64,000 nucleotides of DNA. Source: Mobula hypostoma. Its lineage: Eukaryota. Each line of letters opens with the position of its first letter. Position 1 is the stretch's first letter. The notes beneath the pieces are model-generated. The model had not been told where the DNA came from and made no database searches. It was given only the letters and a program-made list of their open reading frames with translations. Both the position numbers and the translations under genes were made by a program. This document shows, in pieces, positions 1-13,265 of this stretch. The stretch spans positions 72,790,001-72,854,000 of the forward strand of contig NC_086108.1 of the NCBI RefSeq assembly GCF_963921235.1, given 5' to 3'.

Positions 1-149
1 TTGGGTTCTGTTCCCTCTTGCCGAATCAGATTTTGATTTATTTAACACATGTGAAATCCATCATTTGTATTATCAACCAATGCACCCAAGGAGGTGCTGG
101 GGCAGTCTGCAAGTATCGGCACACATTCAGCACCAACATAACATGGTCA

Positions 150-1740
150 TGATGTTCATCAACCATGTCCCCTCCACCTCCTCCGCTCTAGGGAGAAAAG
201 ACATAGTTTCACTAGTCTCCTCCAATAACTGAGCTGCTCCGTCTGAAGCAGTTTCATGGTGAATCTCCTCTGCTCTCTCTCTGGAGCTATCACAAGCTTT
301 CTATACCTTGGTGATCAGAAATGCAAGCAGTATTTCAGCTGAGGTCTAGCCAAAGTTTGTAAAGTTGAAGCATAACCTCCTTACTTCTGTACTCTCTACC
401 CCAACCAATGAAGGCCAGTATCTTGTATGTCTTCCCAACCATGTCTCCCTGTAGTGCCACCTTCAAGGATCTATGGACTTGAACTCTTGGATTCCTCAAT
501 ACTCCCTAAGACAATACATTGTGCTGGCCTCATTAGTGCTACCAAAGTGCACCACCTCTTATTAGTCTGGAATAACCTCTATCTGCATTCTACCAAAATA
601 TTAATGCCGTTCTGCAGGCTAGGACTTCTGTCCACATTATCAACAACTCTGGCAATCTTCATGTATATGTGAACTTATTGATTTTACCTCCTATATCCAC
701 AACCAAGATACTTATTTATATTACAAACACAGATCCCAACATTGATCTTTAGGGGACTGCTAGCCACAGTCATCCAATTGCAAAAAAAATACTCTGTACA
801 GCAATTTTGTCATCTTTTGACAAGCTAATTTTGGCTCCAGTTCGCCAATTTGCCTTGAGTCCCATGGACTCTAATCTTTTGCGAAAATCTCCTATGCTTA
901 GGCATATTCTGCCCTTGACAAAGTCCTTGAGCTGGCCCAAATTTGTCCCCGCCTTTCCAAGTGATCATTCATTCTCCTCTCAGAAATGTTTCTAATATCT
1001 TCCCCACCACTGATATTAGCCTTATGAATGTATCCTAACTGCCTTTCGTGAAAAAGGGGACCATGTTTGCTGTCCTCCACTTATCTGGTACCTCACTTGT
1101 GTCCAGCAAAGATTTAAAATTCTCAGCCACAGTCCCAGCAATCTCTTCCCTTGCCTTCACTAGCAGCCTGCGACAAATACAATTCTGTCCAGGGATGTGT
1201 CCACCTTTAAAACTGGCAAGGCATCAAGTACTTCCTTTTTCTTAATGAAGACCTGCACCATCCAGTCATCTTCTCCTTCAGTGCCTACTATTTCACTTGT
1301 TATTCTTTAGCCCTTAATGTACTTAGAAAATGCCTTTGGACTTAGTTTAATCCTGTCTGTCAGTGGTTTCTCGTGACCCCTCTTTGCTTTTTTACTTTTC
1401 TTTTTAAACATCTCCCTCCACTTTTTATACTCTTGATGGGTCTTCACCATTATTAGATACCAATTCTTGTCATCTGTTTATTTTTTTAATATTTCTCCAA
1501 TTCCAACTATTCGTCAGGATCCAGGGTTTCGTCTATGCGTTGCCCATGGCTTTCATCCTTACAGAAACACGCTGGCATAGAATTCTTGCTCTTTCTCCTT
1601 TCAGTGCAATCCACTGTGCACTTAATTGGAAGTAGATGTTCCAAGCCAACCTTTATGTTAATGAAATTGGGCTTACCTCAGTTTAAGAACTTAATTAATG
1701 GTCCATCACTATCCTTCTCCATCATCACTTTAGAATGTGG
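150..1740 (-). mobile_element. Old, degenerate CR1 LINE ORF2 fragment
   Basis: The minus strand near 305-350 reads ARPQLKYCLHF*SPRYRK, matching the CR1 RPHLEYCVQFWSP motif. Further decayed RT remnants follow, with many stops. Confidence 0.75.
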
Positions 1741-1744
1741 TGAG

Positions 1745-2160
1745 ATAGAACAAGAACAACTCAGCACAGGTCCTTATCTGTAATGACCATGATAATATCT
1801 AATCCCACACACCAACACATGGACCATGTTTTTTTTACTCCTTCCCTGACCATGTATCTGTCCAAATGACTCTTAAATATTGTTATCATATTTGCTTACA
1901 ACTTCCCCAAGCTGTGCGTTTCAGGCACTAAACACTTCCTGAGTAAAACAAAGCTTGCCCTCCAAATTTCCTTGAAACTTTGTCCCTTTCATGTTAAATC
2001 TATGGCTTCTAGTATTATACACCTGCATTTTGTGAAAACAAATCTCTGACTATTCAACATGCCTATTCTTCTTATAATTTATATGCTTATATCAGATAGC
2101 ACGTCATCTTCCTATGTTTCAATAAAACAATAAAGTTCGTCCAAACTCTCCTTATAGCTC
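1745..2160 (-). mobile_element. CR1 3' end fragment
   Basis: Decayed CR1 3' UTR and ORF2 C-terminus pattern, similar to the other CR1 tails in this window. Confidence 0.55.
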
Positions 2161-2346
2161 ATACTAGTTCCCTTACTGAAACTCCCTTCACTTGACCAGG
2201 TTCTTTCCTCAGGAAGATGTCCTGTAATACTCCTTCTCCTGTTGTTCCATCAACATACTGAGCCAAAAAGCTCTTCATAGCACACCCCAAAAACTCTGCT
2301 CCTTCTGAGCTGTTGGTGCTCAATGTACATAGGCTAGATGGTAACA

Positions 2347-5300
2347 AGACCATAAGACATAAAATCAAATTAGGCCATCCGGCCTATTGAGTCTTCTCCA
2401 TCATTCCATCATGGCTGATTTAATATCCCTCTCAATCCTATTTGCCTGCCTTCTTCCCATAACTTTTGACACCATGTCTAATCAAGAACCTAGCAACCTC
2501 TGCTTTAAATATACTCAATGACTTGGCCTCCACAGCCATCTGTGGCAATGAATTCCATAGATTCACTACCCTCTGACAAAAGAAATTTCTCTTTATTGCT
2601 GTTCTAAATGGACATCCCTTTATTCTAAAGCCGTTCCCTCTGGTCCTAGACTTACCCACTAAAAGAAACAGCCTCCCCACATCTATCTTATTAAGGCCCT
2701 TCAATGAGCTCCCCACTCATTCTTCTAAACTCCAATGGGTACAGGCCTGGAGCCATCAAACGCTCCTCATACATTAACCCTTTCAGTCCCAGAATCATTC
2801 TCGTGATCCTCCGCTGGACCCTCTCCAATTAAGGGGCCCAGAACTGTTCACAATACTCCGTGTGGACTGGCCAATGTCTCATAAAGTCTCAGTAATACAT
2901 CCTTGTTCTAATGTTGTAGTCCTCTTGAAATGAATGCTGACTTTGCATTTGCCTTCCTCATCACCAATAACCTGCAAGTTAATCTTTAGGGAATCCTGCA
3001 TGAGGGCTCCCAAGTCCCTTTGCACCTCTGGTTTTTGAATTTTCTCCCCATTTAGAAAATAGTTTACCTCTTTATTCCTTCTACCAAAGTGCATGACCAT
3101 ACACTTCTCTACACTGTATTCCATCTGCCACCTCTTTGCCCATTTTCCCAATCTGCAGACCTTCTGCTGATGACCTACCTATCTTTGTATCATCCACAAA
3201 CTTGGCCACAAAGCCATCAAATCTATCATCCAAATCATTAACAAATAACGTGAAAAGAAGTGATCCCAACAGTAACCCCTGTGGAACAGCACTAGTCACC
3301 AGCAGCCAGCCATAAAAGGCTCTGTTTATTCCCACTTTTTTCCTTCTGCCAGTCAGCCACTGCTTTACCCATGCTAGAATCTTTCCTGTAATACCATGGG
3401 CTGTTAAGTTGTTAATGAGCCTCATGTGTGATACCTTGTTGAAGGCCTTCTGAAAATCTAGGTAAACACATTCACTGGCTCTTCTTTGTCTATCTTGCTG
3501 GTTATTTTCTCAAAGAATTCCATCAGATTTGTCAGGCAAGATTTCATCTTACGGAACTCATGCTAACTTTGGCCTATTTTATCATGTGCCGTCAAGAAAC
3601 CTCATCCTTATTGGTCTCCAATATCATCCCAACCACCGAAGGAAGGCTAGCTGGTTTATAATTTCCTTTCTTCTGCCTCCCTCCCTTCTTAAGGAGTGAA
3701 GTGACATCTGCACTTTTTCAGTCCTCTGGAACCATTCCAGAATCTAGTGATTCTTGAAAGATCATTGCTAATGCCCCCACAATCTCTTCTGCAATGGTTT
3801 TCAGAACCTGGGGGGTGTAGACCACGTGATCCTGCTGACTTATCTATTTTCAGGCCTTGCAACTTCAAAGCACCTTCTCCTTAGTAATAGCAACTACATT
3901 TACTTCTGGTCTCTGACACTCTCAAGTTTCTGCCATACGGCTATTGCCTTCCACATTGAAGACTGACACAAAATAGTAATTAAGGTTAATTCCCCTATTA
4001 CTACCTCTCTGGCATCATTTTCCAGCGGTCAAATATGTACTCTCACCTCTTTTTTATTCTTTACCTATCTGAAAAAACTTAAGGTATCCTCTTTCATATT
4101 ATTGTCTAACCTAGCTTCATATTTCAATATTTCTCTCCTTATGGCTTTTTAGTTCCCTACCGTTGGTTTTTATGGGCTTCCCAATCCACTAACTTCCCAC
4201 TAATTTTTGCTATATTTTATTCCCCCTTTTTTCCTTTTATACTGTCTTGGACTTCCAGCGTCAGCCACAGTTGCCTCATCCTCCTGAGAATACTCCTTCA
4301 CCTTTGGGATGTGTCTACCCTGCACCTTCTAAACTCCTTCCAGAAATTCCAGCCATTGCTGTTTTGCTGTCATCCCCAATAGTGTCCCCTTCCAATCAGC
4401 TTTGGCCAGCTCCCCTCTCATGCCCCTGCATCTCCCAAAAATCTGACTTTAGTTTCTCCCTCTCAAACTGCAGGGTGAATTATATCATACTATGATCACT
4501 ACCTCCTAAGGGTTCTGATACCTTAAGCTCCCTAATCAAATCTGGTTCACTACACAACACCCAATTCAAAATTGCCTTTCTCCTCGTGGGCTCAACCACA
4601 AACTGCTCTAGAAACCCATCTCTTAGCATTCTATGAATTCCCTCTCTTGGGATCCAGCACCAACTTGATTTTGCCAATCTGGCTGCATATATTGAAATCC
4701 CTCATGCCTGTTTTACATGTCTTGCAATCTCCTGTTGTAATATCCTGGCTACTATTCAGAGGTGTATCGCAAGGTTAACCCCCAGCATTTGCCATTTTAC
4801 TTTTTTTTTTAAGAGGTGTATATATAACTGCCATCTGGGTCTTTATAACCTTGCAGTTTCTTAACTTTACCCACATTTCTACATCTTCAAATCCTACAGT
4901 ATGTTACCTCTTTCTAAGGATTTGATATCATTTTTTACCAACAGAGCTACCCCACCCCTTCCAACTACCTGCCTGTCCTTTTGATACAAAGTGTATCTTT
5001 GGATGTTGAGCTCCCAGCTATAATCTTCTTTTAGCAACAACTCAGTGATGCCCATAACATCATATCTGTCAATTTATAACTGCACTAGTAGATCATCCAC
5101 CTTATTCTGTATACTGTGTGCATTTAAATGTAACCCCTTCATTGCTGTATTCATCACCGTTTTCAATTTTGTCCCCATGTTACACTTCAACTCATCCCAC
5201 TGACAGCAATTTTGCTCTGTCATCTGCCTGTTCTTCTTCATAGTCTCACTACCCACTGCTCCTACTTGTATAGCAATGGTTCCATTCTCAGCCTTGTGAT

Positions 5301-5720
5301 TCCAGTTCCCATCCCCCTGCCAAACTAGGTTAAACCCTTCCAAATGCTCTAGAAAACCTGCCTGCAAGGATATTGCGCCCTCTTCGGTTCAGGTGTAACC
5401 CACCCCTTTTATACAGGAGAGATCCCAGCGTTCCCCAGAAGACATCCCAATGTTCTAGAAATATGAAACCCTGCCTCCTGCATCAATTCCTCAGCCACAC
5501 ATTCATCTGCCAAATCATCTTATTCATATCCTCACTGAAGTGTAGCGCAGGAAGTGATCTAGAAATTACCACCCTGGAGGTCCTGCTTTTCAGCTTTCTA
5601 CCTAACTCCCTATATTCTCTCTTTAGTACCTCATCTCTTTTCCTACCCATGTCATTGGTACCAATATGTACCACAAATTCTGCCTGCTCACCCTCCCCCT
5701 TTTGAATGGTGTGGACCCAA
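2347..5720 (-). mobile_element. Long degenerate CR1 LINE with ORF1 SGNH-esterase remnant and ORF2 endonuclease/RT
   Basis: ORF 5483-5674 (VHIGTNDMGRKRDEVL..EYRELG) is the CR1 ORF1 esterase. ORF 4480-4677 (FLEQFVVEPTR..LGGSDH) is APE endonuclease. ORF 3081-3425 has VPQG..FVDDTK (RT). ORF 2438-2716 has NFFCQRVVNLWNSLP. The repeated tail lies at ~2347. Confidence 0.92.
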
Positions 5721-6204
5721 TTTTACCCTTGCAGGTATCCTATTGCATCTCTCTGAAATCTGCATACAAATCTATTTCTCCATCTCTTGCTGATTGTTCA
5801 GAGATTTGTAATACACTTCCAACAGAGTGAGGGTGGTGGCCATTTTGTTTCCAATCTTTATTCATATGACCTTATTTGAGGAGCCTTTGAGGGTATCCTG
5901 CCTTCGTACCAAGGTACCACAGTCTTTAACTAGGTACAGAACAACTTCCCCTTTTACTCCCCCTTAACTATTCACAACAATAACATAGACCCCCATATTA
6001 ATTTACGTTTTGAGTCATCTATTTTACTAATGATGCTCCCATTAAAATAGATGCAATTTAGCGTTGAATTCCCTTGATTGGTACCTACTCAGTTCTTCTC
6101 CCAGCAGGGTTTACTATTTCCTGTCCAGGTTATTTGTTACTCTGAGCTCCATACTTTAGTTTAAACCTACCTCACAGCACCAGCAAACCACCCTACAAAA
6201 CTGG

Positions 6205-6435
6205 AATCAGAATTGTTCATTATCGCCAGCGTACGTTGTGAAATCTATTGTTCAGCAGCAGTACAATGCAAGACATAAAAATTACAATAACGTACAAAAA
6301 TAAATAAATAGTGCAAAGACAAATAATGAGGTTACGCTCATGGGTTCATGGGCCATTCACAAGTGCGGTGGCTGATGAGAAGAAACTGTGCTCAAACCAT
6401 TGAGTGTGGATTGCTAGGCTCCTGCACCTCCTCCT
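6205..6435 (-). mobile_element. Rex1/Babar-type LINE 3' tail
   Basis: Resembles the reverse complement of the tail at 50365-50442, which follows a Rex1-type ORF. Confidence 0.55.
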
Positions 6436-6589
6436 CAAAGGATTTTTAGATGAAGTTCGGGTTTGAGTAGATGTTGGTTCTGTTCTGGTTCAGATCAACA
6501 GAATCTACCTTCCCCAAAGACAGTAAACCTAAATCCCAGCCCTCTGCACCAGCCCTTCAGCCATGCATTTATGTGACCTTATTTATTTA

Positions 6590-7160
6590 TTCAGAGGTTG
6601 TATGCTTTGCAGGCTGAGCCAGCATTTAATTGCCCATCCCTAATTGCCCTTGAGAAGTTAAAGGCGAGCTGCCGTCTCAAATCACTGCTGTCCCTGAGGT
6701 GTGGATATATCCACAATGCTGTTGGGAAACATTTCCAGGGTACTGACCCAACGAGAATGAAGGAACATTGATGTATTTCCAAGTCAGGAGAAAGTGTGGT
6801 TTGGAGAGCAATTTCCAGAGGGTGGTGTTCCAAGGTTTTTGCTTCCCTTTTCCTTCTAACTGGTTGAGGTTGTGGGTTTGGAAGGTGTGGCTCTGTCTAA
6901 GGAGCCTTGGTGAGTTGCTGCAGTGAATCCTGTCAATGGTACAAACTAGTCCCACTGTGTATCAGTGGTGGAGTGAATGGGTGTGGATGAGGTGCCGATC
7001 AACTATGCTGCTAATTCCTGAGTTTCTTGTTTGTTGTTTAAGTTGCATTTATCTAGGCAAGTGGACAGTATGCTGTCACACTTCTGACGAGCCTTGTAGA
7101 TGAAGGACAGGCTTTGCAGAATGAGGAGATGAGCTCAGCACCAAAAGAATCCTAGCCTCT
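6590..7160 (-). mobile_element. CR1-clade LINE 3' fragment (second family)
   Basis: The minus-strand 3' end ...CTTCTCAAGGGCAATTAGGGATGGGCAATTAAATGCTGGC matches the + strand tail at ~61745-62060. Confidence 0.65.
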
Positions 7161-8308
7161 GAAGATGTTGCAGAGTGTTTGCACTTCTCCATGCTTTGCT
7201 TCATCCCTCATCTTTCTTTCGTAGGAATCAGACACGTAGGAGAGATCCTGTAATCAAAATTTAACAAAGATCGTGTCTTTTTTGTTTACATGCTGCAGTA
7301 ATTTGCATAGATTATTTTTGCCAAGTAGTTATTTAAACTGGCTGTAGTAATACCCATTAAGTTCTGGACCTACACAACAATTGTATGTGTATCACACACA
7401 CGCATATTGCAACAAATCTTCACCATAAGGTATTGTGTATTTTGCCACATAAGCCAGTAAGTAAATCTAGGTCAGAAAAGTTGTGCCCTTATAAAAAGTA
7501 AACTGCACAGTTCAGAACAGTTAACTCCACAAATATACAAAAGTTAGATGGAGCCTCTGCAGACCCTGTCATCTTCCACTCATTAGTCTGACCTAAATAA
7601 CCTTTATAAGATTAGCCACAATTCATTGTTAGATGTGCACAGCTTACCACGCAGGCTTATCATGTGATGTACTCCCTGATTATCATTTTTGGCCTAAGTG
7701 GAGGATTTCCAGCTTTGTTTCTTTTCTGTCTGTGCTTTGTAAGCTTTTTTTTTAATCCTACATAATTTCAGAGCCAAATTAATTAAAAATCTTACAGATG
7801 CATCAGGCGTTAATAATTTGTACGTTGCCACTAATTACTGTTGTAAGTGCAAATAATGAACATGTTTGTCTCCTTAACTGAACAAAAGGAGGGTTTTTAA
7901 TTGAACTTAGTGCTTTATTTATTTCATTTGTCTCCCTTTGTTGCACGCGATCCACAATTAAGACAGTAAAGACGACTAAATGCCGAGTCTCTAGAGTTCA
8001 TATGTCTCTGCATGTTCTGCATTTGTTTCTTTTACAGTTTCTCTTCCTTCAAAGGACTTAGTGTTTGATTGCTCCTTCCAAGAACTTCCCAAGTGGGCAA
8101 AGTCTATGCTGCTCTGCTTTCAAATCCAAAGAAATATGAATTGGGGCTGAATATTTCTTATAATAGAAAGATCGTGGGACTCCCTGCAACATCAGATTTT
8201 GCAACAGGATTTCTATATTTTTGTTCTGTCAGCTTATTTAAAATAAACATTCAAAACACCAAAGTAGTTATTTGTTTACAGACGTCATTGCATATTTGCA
8301 TAAAATTA

Positions 8309-8592
8309 AGTTAGTCTTGCGAGACCATGGATCTGCGCCTGGAAGGTCTTCACTCTCCAGGGTGCAGGCCTGGGCAGGGTTGTATGGAAGACCAGCAGTT
8401 GCCCATGCTGCAAGTCTCCCCTCTCCACAACACCAATGTTGTTCAAGGGAAGGTCATTAGGACCCGTACAGCTTGGCACCAGTGTTGTCGCAGAGCAATT
8501 TGTGATTAAGTGCCTTGCTCAAGGACACAACACGTTGCCTTGGCTGGGGCTCGAATTCACAACCTTCGGGTCGCTAGTCCAATGCCTTAACC
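8309..8592 (-). mobile_element. tRNA-derived SINE with CORE-like domain
   Basis: The minus strand starts TGGTTAAGGC (A-box-like), then GTGAATTCGAGCCC (B-box-like), then TGTGTCCTTGAGCAAGGCACTTAA (CORE-like). Confidence 0.75.
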
Positions 8593-9454
8593 ATATAAAT
8601 ATGGGAAGAATTGGAGTTGCTCCCTGAATCAGCAGTTATGATTAGTATTTAGTCAAAAGCTGGAGGGGGAGTCACAACTCCAGCAACACATCCTCAAAAT
8701 GACACATTGACAAAAGTCTTGTTTATGCTTGTCTAATCATCTCGTAAAAATCAAACCAATAAACATGATTTAGTTTCAGGTAAACCCAATATACTATAGC
8801 TTGTTATGCTAAAGCCCAGTTAACAATCAGAAAATGCTGGTAATGGATGGACAGGTGAACAACCAGCAACAAGTTTATTTGGTGCAGCCTGAGACTGTGG
8901 AGATGTTCGCTGATCATGTCTTTGTTGTGGTGGGGAGGCTTCTGTCTTCTTAGTAACCTCAGGGTTCTGCTATCCAGATTACTGTTCTCCTGGAAGGATC
9001 ACCTTTGGTGAAAGGGGTGATTTCTAAGCAAGGTGGGTGCACACTCCAAAATCTCTAATGGTGGATCAGAAAGAAGGGAACATTGAGGTAGCAACTGCAT
9101 GGAAGGCAAATGAGAGTCTCAACAAGAGAGATAACTTGCCAGTTGCCCACAATTTTCATTAGCACTTGTTTCTCCTTGTCAAGTTGACATGGTTATTGTA
9201 ACTGCATTACTTTTCTACAAGCTAAAACAGTCCGGGTTCTATCACTCTCATAGCCATACTTTCAATCATTGTGGTAACAGATTATCAGCATCAGAGACAA
9301 AACCAGTGCCTCTGGTCATTGCCAGCTGCAAATGTAAATGTAAGCAGTGACTGGTACAGGGGGGCGAGTTGATACCATAGTATCAGGAAATAGATTTTTT
9401 GGGGAATTTCTATTGTTGTATGCTAAATTAGTGAACAACAAACAGAAATAAAAG

Positions 9455-9720
9455 CTAATGCTAGAGGTGAAAAGCAGATCAGGCAGCATCCATGGAGGGA
9501 GGAACAATCTCAGCCCACAAAGTCAACTGTTTTCCCTTTTCCATAGATGCTGCCTGGCCTGCTGAGTTGCTCCAGCATTTTGTGTGTGTTGCTTGGATTT
9601 CCAGCACCGGCAGATTTCGGGAGAAACAATTAATGCTTTAAGCTGTAGACATTTCAGCAAAACGGAAATGTTAGTTTGTTCCTCCCCTCAGAGACTGTGC
9701 CTGGCCTACTGCGTCTTTCA
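9455..9720. mobile_element. Short Penelope-like element terminal fragments in both orientations
   Basis: ATAGATGCTGCCTGGCCTGCTGAGTTGCTCCAGCATTTTGTGTGTG is shared with the Penelope ends at 13960-14090, 38240-38303 and 40535-40585. Confidence 0.65.
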
Positions 9721-10139
9721 CTGCAACTGGTGAAAATGCTAGGTTTGTGAGATTGAAAGTGGTACCTATCTTCAGGGTCAAAGATACTTACCTCAAAAAG
9801 ATGGGGACTGATTTAAGTAACAGGATATTTCACATGAGCTTTCAACGTTGCTGTTATAAAATCATGCATATAAAATGTTCAGGCACTTGAACAGCTGGAA
9901 ACTGAGACTTATATTTATAAACGTTTAACAGAGATCAACTATTTAACTCAACTGAGTTCATTAGGTGAAGTGAAGTGATTTACATTCAGATACTGGAGTT
10001 TCAAATGAACATGTAGACAATCAAGGAGAATTCAGGACTGGCTGCCCAAATTATGCTCCCTGCCTGGGACCTCCAGGTGGATTGACTAGGTCATGACTAG
10101 GTCCTTGGTTTTACTGGCTGGAATTGGACCAAAAAAAGC

Positions 10140-10385
10140 AGTGCTGTTCCAGTTTTCTCCCACATTCCAAAGATGTTCAGGTTGGCAGGTTAATTCACTT
10201 CTGTAACTTGCCTCTAGTGTGCAGTTTAGTAGAATCTTGGGGGGGGGGGGGGCGGGGGAGGGGAGAGTTATTGAGAATACGAGAAGATGAAAAAAAACGG
10301 ATGATTGTTGGTGGTCATCTGATGGTTGGTGCAGACTAAGTGAATGGAAAATCTGTTTTCATGCTGTATCTCTCCACGACTCTAA
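10140..10385 (+). mobile_element. V-SINE (HE1-like) fragment
   Basis: Carries the V-domain-like CAGTTTTCTCCCACATTCCAAAGATGT..GGTTAATT, similar to the copy at 34850-35110. Confidence 0.6.
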
Positions 10386-10399
10386 CTTAATAAAGTGTT

Positions 10400-11130
10400 T
10401 TGATGAAGCAGCAGAGAAGGTCAATTGGAAAAATGCAATCGATGTGATATATATGTGGCTCAAAGTACAAAAGAATCTGGCTTTTCGTGTGCATGAATCA
10501 GAAAGAGTTAGGCAGGTGCAGTAAGTGTTTAGGAAGGCAAATGACATGTTGACCTTATTTGCAAGAAGACCTAGAAAAATATTGTTTCAATTGTCCAAGC
10601 CACTAATGTGGTCATACCTGGAGTGGTGCATACAAGAGTATTCCTATTAATTAAGAAAAGAAATACTGGTGTTGGAGGCAGTCCGGAAGAGATTCAGGAG
10701 ACTAATTCATGGGATGAGAAGGCTGTCCTATCACAAGTGGCTAAACAAACTATATTCATACTTTTTATAAGTTTATAAAAATGAAAAGTGACCTTATTGA
10801 AACACACAAGATCCTGAAGGGGCAAAGCAAGGCTGATGATTTCATGAATGGGATCATCTTGAAAGAGGAAAAATAGTCACAAGATATGGAAGTGTCATTT
10901 CATGCTGAGGTCTACAGAATGAGAATCATGAATTCCCTTCTCCAGAGGATTCAGGAACTAAACGTTGGATGGTATATAAAGAGGAAGATGATGAATTTTT
11001 GGAAGATTAGGGAATAGAGGGCTCTGGGCAACTGCACAGGAGAGGAGCTGAGGCTGGGGCAGATAAGCATGAGCATATTGAATGGTGAAACAAGCCTGAA
11101 ACCTATTTTGCCCGCTGCTCCTCCTATTTT
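10400..11130 (+). mobile_element. Old CR1 ORF2 3' fragment
   Basis: Decayed motifs, including LEAVRKRFRRLI and DLIETHKILKG. Confidence 0.7.
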
Positions 11131-11581
11131 CCATTTTTCTCTCTGCTGGAATCAAGTCCAGTGAAACTTGCCCTTCCTGCTATGAAGTTCACATCATACA
11201 TTATTAATTTCAAAATTCTAGAGTGCAAATAAATGGATGGCTACTTTCAGACTAAAGGAAATATCTAGCAATGCATACATTTCTTCTCACAGAGCCAATG
11301 AAGTGATTACCAGTTGATAGTACAGCTTCAATCACTCTTCCATGTATTATAAGTAATAAAATTGTGTGGTACATTAATGTGCTGTCCTTTCACCTCAACT
11401 GTAATCCATTCTTATTTGTCTTGATAAAATCTTTCTTCCTGTATTAGCTGTTTCCCACAAGACCCATGCAGGGTAAAATATTCCACCCATCCAGAATTAG
11501 TTTGTCTGATTATCTTCAAAGCCAGCATCTGAATTCAGAGCCAGTCTGAGGAAACTATTGATACTATAATCTGGATGTGTT

Positions 11582-13265
11582 ACATAGAAAAATAGGTGCA
11601 GAAGTAGGCCATTCGGCCCTTCGAGCCTGCACTGCTATTTATTATGATCATGGCTGATCATCCAACTCAGAACCCTGCCCCAGCCTTCCCTCCATACCCC
11701 CTGACCCCCGTAGCCACAAGGGCCATATCTAACTCCCTCATAAATATAGCCAATGAACTGGCCTCAACTGTTTCCTGTGGCAGAGAATTCCACAGATTCA
11801 CCACTCTCTGTGTGAAGAAGTTTTTCCTAATCTCGGTCCTAAAAGGCTTCCCCTCTATCCTCAAACTGTGGCCCCTCGTTCTGGACTTCCCCAACATCGG
11901 GAACAATCTTCCTGCATCTACCCTGTCCAATCCCTTTAGGATTTTATACGTTTCAATCAGATCCCCCCTCAATCTTCTAAATTCCAACGAGTACAAGCCC
12001 AGTTCATCCAGTCTTTCTTCATATGAAAGTCCTGCCATCCCAGGAATCAATCTGGTGAACCTTCTTTGTACTCCCTCTATGGCAAGGATGTCTTTCCTCA
12101 GATTAGGGGACCAAAACTGCACACAATACTCCAGGTGTGGTCTCACCAAGGCCTTGTACAACTGCAGTAGTACCTCCCTGCTCCTGTACTCGAATCCTCT
12201 CGCTATAAATGCCAGCATACCATTCGCCTTTTTCACCGCCTGCTGTACCTGCATGCCCACTTGCAATGACTGGTGTATAATGACACCCAGGTCTCGTTGC
12301 ACCTCCCCTTTTCCTAATCGGCCACCATTCAGATAATAATCTGTTTTCCTATTTTTGCCACCAAAGTGGATAACTTCACATTTATCCACATTAAATTGCA
12401 TCTGCCATGAATTTGCCCACTCACCCAACCTATCCAAGTCACCCTGCATCCTCTTAGCATCCTCCTCACAGCTAACACTGCCACCCAGCTTCGTGTCATC
12501 TGCAAACTTGGAGATGCTGCATTTAATTCCCTCATCCAAGTCATTAATATATATTGTAAACAACTGGGGTCCCAGCACTGAGCCTTGCGGTACCCCACTA
12601 GTCACCGCCTGCCATTCTGAAAAGGTCCCGTTTATTCCCACTCTTTGCTTCCTGTCTGCTAACCAATTCTCTATCCACATCAATACCTTACCCCCAATAC
12701 CGTGTGCTTTAAGTTTGCACACTAATCTCCTGTGTGGGACCTTGTCAAAAGCCTTTTGAAAATCCAAATATACCACATCCACTGGTTCTCCCCTATCCAC
12801 TCTACTAGATACATCCTCAAAAAATTCTATGAGATTCGTCAGACATGATTTTCCTTTCACAAATCCATGCTGACTTTGTCCGATGATTTCACCGCTTTCC
12901 AAATGTGCTGTTATCACATCCTTGATAACTGACTCCAGCAGTTTCCCCACCACCGACGTTAGGCTAACTGGTCTATAATTCCCCGGTTTCTCTCTCCCTC
13001 CTTTTTTAAATGTGGGGTTACATTAGCCACCCTCCAATCCTCAGGAACTAGTCCAGAATCTAACGAGTTTTGAAAAATTATCACTAATGCATCACTATTT
13101 CTTGGGCTACTTCCTTAAGCACTCTAGGATGCAGACCATCTGGCCCGGGGGATTTATCTGCCTTCAATCCCTTCAATTTACCTAACACCACTTCCCTACT
13201 AACATGTATTTCACTCAGTTCCTCCATCTCACTGGTACTCTGTCCCTTACTATTTCTGGAAGATT
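11582..13265 (-). mobile_element. Young 5'-truncated CR1 LINE
   Basis: Has an intact RT-to-C-terminus ORF, a CR1 3' UTR with tail at 11582, and an abrupt 5' truncation at ~13265. Confidence 0.97.
11667..12953 (-). CDS. CR1 ORF2 reverse transcriptase and C-terminal part (partial, TE-encoded)
   Basis: 428-aa open frame with QHGF, YLDFQKAFDKV, GVPQGSVLGP, FADD, RPHLEYCVQFWSP and RVVNLWNSLP. No endonuclease domain or natural start. Confidence 0.9.
   Translation of the reverse strand: MVGKLLESVIKDVITAHLESGEIIGQSQHGFVKGKSCLTNLIEFFEDVSSRVDRGEPVDVVYLDFQKAFDKVPHRRLVCKLKAHGIGGKVLMWIENWLADRKQRVGINGTFSEWQAVTSGVPQGSVLGPQLFTIYINDLDEGIKCSISKFADDTKLGGSVSCEEDAKRMQGDLDRLGEWANSWQMQFNVDKCEVIHFGGKNRKTDYYLNGGRLGKGEVQRDLGVIIHQSLQVGMQVQQAVKKANGMLAFIARGFEYRSREVLLQLYKALVRPHLEYCVQFWSPNLRKDILAIEGVQRRFTRLIPGMAGLSYEERLDELGLYSLEFRRLRGDLIETYKILKGLDRVDAGRLFPMLGKSRTRGHSLRIEGKPFRTEIRKNFFTQRVVNLWNSLPQETVEASSLAIFMRELDMALVATGVRGYGGKAGAGF

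Noticed and set aside
8500..8592. tRNA gene-like A/B boxes
   Set aside because: This is the head of a SINE. There is no complete cloverleaf and it continues into a CORE-like body.
9791..9850. Minus-strand segment with a strong GAG|GTAAGT donor
   Set aside because: All three frames contain stops, the acceptor is weak and there is no other support.
11644..12759. + strand ORFs of 230 aa and 134 aa
   Set aside because: Antisense shadows of the CR1 ORF2; the same peptide start recurs at 53923.
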